Shown one piece after another: positions 59,148 to 64,000 of a DNA stretch of 64,000 nt (position 1 is the first letter of the stretch; each line of letters opens with the position of its first letter). The translations under genes and the position numbers were made by a program. The notes under the pieces are model-generated. The model worked only from the letters and a program-made list of their open reading frames with translations. It did no database searches and was not told the DNA's origin. Source of the DNA: Promethearchaeota archaeon (lineage in GTDB: Archaea > Asgardarchaeota > Hermodarchaeia > Hermodarchaeales > Hermodarchaeaceae); assembly GCA_048938385.1 (NCBI GenBank), contig JBHLMG010000012.1, positions 1 to 64,000 on the forward strand, in the 5' to 3' direction.

Positions 59148-60674
59148 TTAGAACTCTAAGCCTAGGGAAGGAAGGGCAAACTCGCTTTCATCCCACTCCC
59201 AGTAGGCTCCATTCCATTTTGGTAGTAAATCTAGGGTGGTCTTCGATCCAAGATTTTTGTATTGCTGGATTTGAAGGATGTCAAAGACTCCCTCTTCTTC
59301 TCCAATGAGTGAAAGTAGATATAGAATGGAACCCAGACTTTTCGTTGGAACTTTTATGAATAACACACAGCCAATATTTGATGGATAAGCATACGATGCC
59401 GGCATTTGGGCTGAGGCTAAAAGCAATTTTTCTGAAATTTCTGGCTTACAACGAATTGCAAAGGTCAAAAAGACAGGTAGCATGGGCGAGTCAAAAACGA
59501 TGTAGGGTACTATGGATCTGTCTTTTAATAGTTGGGACTTTCGCGTTGAGACTGTTGTTCGGGGTACATCAATTCCGAGCGATGATAATCGTTTTTGAAT
59601 CTTCTTCATTCGTACGCGTCCTTCCTCCGTTAGGATATTAGCTAGCGCATAATCGAGCTGATCAAACGAATTGAAGGAAGTCAATCGGATTCCTTTCGGC
59701 GGGTGGAGAACCTCCTGGTTTTCACGAATAAAATTCAACAGTCCAACTGTTGTAACGCCACTTTCGATTATCCAGTCGCCTGTTTGAAAATCGAAGTGAT
59801 CAAATGATATCGAACTATACTGCCCGGTTGTATCATGAACCTGTAATCTCTCAAGGTAGGATTCCTCGAGTGTAGTGATTTGCTCTTGAAGGAGGGAAAC
59901 CGGTTTTTGTTGGTCAGGTACAATGAATCCGACATATCCTCGCTGAAAGGTATTGTCGAAAATTGCCGTTGTGAGATAACTCGTCATTTCATTTTGCAGA
60001 ACAGATTCCAGTGCCCGAGAAGCTTCGACATCGCGCGATTCAAAAAACACGCCAAATCGTCGGAGTTTAAACCGACGCCAGTCAACAAAATGAGAAAACC
60101 GTAGATTAACTTTTGCTTGTAGTTTCTTCATCATTTTTCTGATGGTTGGTTGCGTGACGCTTAAACGCTTGGACCATTTGAGCGTTGAAGCTTGTGGGGT
60201 CTCGTAAATGAAAGAAAGTAACCGGTTCTCTTTCAAAGTCACAGGGTCAATAGGTCGATCAAATAAACCGGTTAACAAGTCGCGAATAATTTTTTCAGAG
60301 GATACAATTCGGAACCGCTGAATCACACGAAGCCTTCGCACCAAAGAATCGCTCACTTGTTGACTTGGCACACTCACCATTCCATCGAGATAAGGGTGGG
60401 GTCGTAGTTTGTAATCTGCGTCGTTTAAAGGAATTCCTTTGGTGCGCTTTGAATATACTATCACATTATCTAAAAGTAGATCGATTTCAGATTTCCCGTA
60501 GGAAGGCTGGTTACTATTTTGCACCTGTTCCTTGATGGCTTGAACTAGTGAAACAGTTTCCAGCTGGCTTTGCAAGTGCGCCACACCATCGTCAGAAAGA
60601 AACGAACACCTAGATAAAGTTTCCTTTTGACGAATATGCCACTTTCTAAACCTACTAAGCTTGGCGTAAATCAA
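59148..60674 (-). CDS. Large double Lrp/AsnC-like winged-helix transcription regulator
   Basis: Two HTH-like segments (WSKRLSVTQPTIRKMMKKL; EGRVRMKKI..PRTTVSTR), each followed by a ferredoxin-like region. Confidence 0.6.
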   Translation of the reverse strand: MIYAKLSRFRKWHIRQKETLSRCSFLSDDGVAHLQSQLETVSLVQAIKEQVQNSNQPSYGKSEIDLLLDNVIVYSKRTKGIPLNDADYKLRPHPYLDGMVSVPSQQVSDSLVRRLRVIQRFRIVSSEKIIRDLLTGLFDRPIDPVTLKENRLLSFIYETPQASTLKWSKRLSVTQPTIRKMMKKLQAKVNLRFSHFVDWRRFKLRRFGVFFESRDVEASRALESVLQNEMTSYLTTAIFDNTFQRGYVGFIVPDQQKPVSLLQEQITTLEESYLERLQVHDTTGQYSSISFDHFDFQTGDWIIESGVTTVGLLNFIRENQEVLHPPKGIRLTSFNSFDQLDYALANILTEEGRVRMKKIQKRLSSLGIDVPRTTVSTRKSQLLKDRSIVPYIVFDSPMLPVFLTFAIRCKPEISEKLLLASAQMPASYAYPSNIGCVLFIKVPTKSLGSILYLLSLIGEEEGVFDILQIQQYKNLGSKTTLDLLPKWNGAYWEWDESEFALPSLGLEF

Positions 60675-60809
60675 GGTCTAAGGACAATCCTCCCAAATGA
60701 GAGTTAACAAAGCCTTTTTCGCCGCTCTTTTCTAGGAATTGCCTTTTTTGTCTGCCCGGTTACTCCCTCAAAAATGCTCCATATAAAGGTAGTTGCACAT
60801 TGTTATCGA

Positions 60810-61006
60810 TAGATTCCAGCAAACACACTCGCTAAGGGAAAACTCAACGGAGCTGAACAAAAGATGGACAGTCCCTATGGAAGCCGACCCGATCCCCTCT
60901 GAAGTGTGTAGACTAACCGGCTACAATTAGTCTATCCAGCTTTCGTCCATCTTAATCGTTCACTTTCTGATTGTGCTTTTCTCTGAGTTCGTGGTGGGAG
61001 AAAAAA
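60810..61006 (+). promoter_or_regulatory. Structured 5' leader, candidate cis-regulatory RNA
   Basis: TATA (ATATAAAG at 60781) followed by nested stems and a hairpin that sequesters the SD. Confidence 0.4.
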
Positions 61007-61270
61007 GTGGCTACAGAAGTGATTGAAGAAACCCAGCAACTGGTAGGCGTCGTAGACGCTTATCCCGTCGACCTTGAAATTACCCCTGCAACGGGGGATG
61101 AAAATCTCCGAGAAATCGGAGCAATTGGTACCCTCCTATTAGAATTAGTGAGGGATACCTGCGGCCTAAACGGCCGGATCACCGTGGAGGCAACGCCTAC
61201 TGGTGTCCGTGTCCGCGTTGAGCCCAATGGTCTAGAAGTCTCGAGCGTCGCCGTATTCGGGGGTGCATAA
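61007..61270 (+). CDS. Hypothetical protein
   Basis: GTG start after GGGAG; operon-like spacing with the next ORF. Confidence 0.6.
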   Translation: MATEVIEETQQLVGVVDAYPVDLEITPATGDENLREIGAIGTLLLELVRDTCGLNGRITVEATPTGVRVRVEPNGLEVSSVAVFGGA

Positions 61271-61272
61271 AT

Positions 61273-61620
61273 ATGGCGACCCTGAGGGGAATTGCCGTGA
61301 CCACAGGGACAGATGAGACAAGCGACCAGTTATGGCGTTTAGCCCGTACCTATTTACGGTCGCACCAAGTCACAGGCAACGTTGACCAACTGGAGAAGGT
61401 CGCACTCGACGATGTGTTCCGTCTCCTGGAACGCCTTTCTCGTCAAGTAGATCGAATGGAATTACGTCGCCTTTACGACCTTCTAACGGAGCTCGCCGTC
61501 ATTCGCGAGAATCATCTTCTCGCGAAAAAAGCGCCGCGCGAGGCCCGGCTCATTAAGGCCATTCAAGGCACTGGTCGACTTGGTCAATTCCTAAGCCTCG
61601 TCCTCGATGAAGCCACTTAA
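61273..61620 (+). CDS. Hypothetical helical protein
   Basis: ATG 2 nt after the previous stop; RBS GGGGTG. Confidence 0.65.
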   Translation: MATLRGIAVTTGTDETSDQLWRLARTYLRSHQVTGNVDQLEKVALDDVFRLLERLSRQVDRMELRRLYDLLTELAVIRENHLLAKKAPREARLIKAIQGTGRLGQFLSLVLDEAT

Positions 61621-61820
61621 CCAGTCTGTCTCTCTGCCCCGATGCGCATACATCCATCGGGGCAGAGTCCGACTGGCTAAGTTTTGCTTCGCTGGGGATG
61701 CAGTAAGGCTTAGTTATTGGGGAAATCTAGGAAGGGTGTTAAAGAGAACTGTAGCCTTGAAGAAACAATCTGGGTTTCTCGCCCTTCTTAGAACTTTTAA
61801 CCTGTTTGTAGAGAGAAGGC

Positions 61821-62429
61821 TTAGCTGAGGCTTTTTAGGAAGTCTTCTGGTTCCTCGCCTTCTTCTACTAGAATGGTTTCTTGGTATCCGGCACGCTCGG
61901 CATCATAGCGTTCAGCGATTTTCGCACCTTCCCAGCGTTCAAAAGCCGTTGATTCTTTTCCACGCCAGATGTAGATTTTATTGTAGGTGTCAAGGATATA
62001 AACATCATCTGAGGTCAAGGAAGTCCTTTTCCGAGGAACTTCATAAAATAAGTTAAGATTCTTTTCAATGTGAATACGAAAGAGTTTGAATTCACGTTGT
62101 TTTAATGCAACACGCTTCAAGATACCTTCAGTATCTTGTAGCGTAACTTTGATTTTTCCCTTAAAGAGGTCGAGGAAGGTTTTGGGTTCGTCTCCTTCAT
62201 TCACGGTAACGAGTTTTGCTGCACCTCTCCGGTTTTGGTCTTTCCAGACTGATATTACAGCACCAATGAATTTCTCATCAACCGTGGATTTCTTACCGAT
62301 CCACAAATAGATGATAGATCCCGTATCCACTAAATAGACATCACCAGTGCCAAATTCTTTGTAATAATTCTCAGGGACACGAACTAGCTGCCCTTTTTGC
62401 ACATGATATTTGATGATTTTCTGAGCCAT
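61821..62429 (-). CDS. Two-domain gelsolin/villin-like protein (eukaryotic signature protein)
   Basis: Repeated GDVYLVD....YLWIGK.S..DEK..EGDEP..F and DDVYILD....YIWRGK.S..ER..EGEEP..F. Confidence 0.88.
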   Translation of the reverse strand: MAQKIIKYHVQKGQLVRVPENYYKEFGTGDVYLVDTGSIIYLWIGKKSTVDEKFIGAVISVWKDQNRRGAAKLVTVNEGDEPKTFLDLFKGKIKVTLQDTEGILKRVALKQREFKLFRIHIEKNLNLFYEVPRKRTSLTSDDVYILDTYNKIYIWRGKESTAFERWEGAKIAERYDAERAGYQETILVEEGEEPEDFLKSLS

Positions 62430-62582
62430 TTGAGTCACCTTCACTCGTTAAGGAATTCATCCTCCAAAAGGGAGGTGAAATCTTACACAGTGATATCTCT
62501 GCTGCAGTGATTCTCGTCTTTATAATTTTCCTTTCAACCTGAACTTATTCAAGTCGGCAAACTCTTAAGCGGGAAAAACGGA

Positions 62583-63383
62583 ATGCCGAAAGATCCCCCA
62601 ATGTCATTGCATAGTTCTCATTCCTCATCCGCTTTTTCAGTTCAAGCACTTCCTGGACTCGGGATTATCCATGAAGGTGATGATGTCGGTCGATTTATTT
62701 GCCAGGCTAGTCTGGAATCGAAGTTTCCGCTTCAAAATGATGATATCTTGGTTATTGCTCAAACTATTATTTCTCGAGCCGAAGGACGAGTAGTAACCCT
62801 TTCCGAAATCAAGCCCTCACGCCGTGCGCGCCGGTTAGCCTCAAGACTGGGGAAGCGTGCGGAACAAGTTGAAGTTATTTTACAGGCGTCCAAACGGATA
62901 CTTCGTGCTGAACAAGGTCATCTCATTGTGGAAACTCCACATGGATTTGTTTGTGCTAATGCTGGCGTCGATTCGTCTAATGTCCCTGATATAGATGCCG
63001 TTACGCTGCTTCCCGAAAATCCTGACGCCTCAGCGCAGCGTATTCGACGAACAATTCATGAGCATTTGAAGGTAAAGGTCGGTATCATTATTTCAGATAC
63101 ACATGGTCGACCTTTCCGTGAAGGAGCAATCAATGTGGCAATCGGAATAGCGGGAATCGTTCCGCTGAAGACTTATGTGGGAATGATCGATTTGTTCGGC
63201 TATGAATTACGGACGACGAGAGTGGCTGTTGCTGATGAGTTAGCTTCCACAGCGGAATTGATCATGGGGGAAGCGGATGAAGGTAACGCGGTCGTTGTCA
63301 TTCGCGGATACCGGTTTGAAGCGGGTGAGGGTTCTGCACAAATGCTTGTTCGAGATGCTAAGCGAGATCTATTTCGAAGGTGA
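62583..63383 (+). CDS. cofE: Coenzyme F420-0:L-glutamate ligase
   Basis: IISRAEG, GFVCANAGVDSSN, ISDTHGRPFR, ADELAS, MGEADEG, DLFR. Confidence 0.92.
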   Translation: MPKDPPMSLHSSHSSSAFSVQALPGLGIIHEGDDVGRFICQASLESKFPLQNDDILVIAQTIISRAEGRVVTLSEIKPSRRARRLASRLGKRAEQVEVILQASKRILRAEQGHLIVETPHGFVCANAGVDSSNVPDIDAVTLLPENPDASAQRIRRTIHEHLKVKVGIIISDTHGRPFREGAINVAIGIAGIVPLKTYVGMIDLFGYELRTTRVAVADELASTAELIMGEADEGNAVVVIRGYRFEAGEGSAQMLVRDAKRDLFRR

Positions 63384-63388
63384 AAGAG

Positions 63389-64000
63389 ATGAGAAACGAG
63401 ATTCAACGAGTTGGAGTTGCCTCCGCAGAGCCCAAGGGCTGGGAAACTAGTCAAGTGGTCAACGAAATCCAACGGCGTGGAGTTGAATGCGTCGTCTTTG
63501 ATGTTACCCAAACCGTAGTCCGAGTGGGTGGAAAGTACCCCCGGGTGCAGTTCAAGAAAGAGGATTTAACCACACTTGATGGGGTCTTTACCCGTGCGGT
63601 CCCAGGCGGGTCTCTTGAACAGGTAATCTTGCGAATGGATACGCTGCATTGCTTAGAAAAGCTTGGCATTCCATTTATGAATCGGCCCCACTCCATCGAA
63701 AAGGCTGTGGACAAATACTATACTTTACGATTACTTGAACTAGGAGGGATTCCTGTTCCTCGAACCTGTGTGGCACAATACGCCCGAGATGCTCATCGGG
63801 CTTTTCGTCGGTTCAAGGATGTCGTGGTGAAACCTCTATTCGGCTCAGGGGGCGTAGGGATGACGCGAGTTAGCGACCCAGAAATTGCTCGTCGTGTATT
63901 TCGAAACCTCGAAGCAAACCGCTATGTGATTTATGTCCAAGAATATCTCGAACATGGTACTCGGGATATTCGTGTTTTTGTTATTGGAGGTAAGGCTGTA
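63389..64000 (+). CDS. RimK-family ATP-grasp ligase (MptN/CofF-like), runs off the window end
   Basis: Manual translation: MRNEIQRVGV..RAVPGGSLEQVILRMD..DKYYT..GIPVPRT..VVKPLFGSGG..YVQEYL..DIRVFVIGG; missing from the ORF track because it has no stop in the window. Confidence 0.85.
   Translation, partial: MRNEIQRVGVASAEPKGWETSQVVNEIQRRGVECVVFDVTQTVVRVGGKYPRVQFKKEDLTTLDGVFTRAVPGGSLEQVILRMDTLHCLEKLGIPFMNRPHSIEKAVDKYYTLRLLELGGIPVPRTCVAQYARDAHRAFRRFKDVVVKPLFGSGGVGMTRVSDPEIARRVFRNLEANRYVIYVQEYLEHGTRDIRVFVIGGKAV

Overview
Archaeal chromosomal window, most likely from an Asgard archaeon (two-domain gelsolin, longin-like protein, H4MPT Wood-Ljungdahl genes). It holds a dispersed C1/energy supercluster: metVF, hdrA-mvhD fusion, hdrA, mvhDGA, mch, fwdC, ftr, fwdA, fwdB, fwdD, hppA, cofE and an mptN-like gene. 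These are interleaved with PAS kinases, transporters, repair genes and a small accessory island. The main discovery is in fwdB (minus strand, true start 54150). It is interrupted inside its CPFCGCLC [4Fe-4S] motif by 60 nt that resolve into two tandem bulge-helix-bulge (BHB) introns of 29 and 31 nt, separated by a one-nucleotide exon. Canonical endonuclease cuts, made in an obligatory order, restore the motif exactly. Other candidates are a clan-CD protease/toxin-immunity pair, two structured non-coding RNAs, an ECF transporter with molybdopterin-oxidoreductase-like domains, and a CTG-initiated cdd. All calls come from reading the sequence by eye; no searches or folding programs were run.
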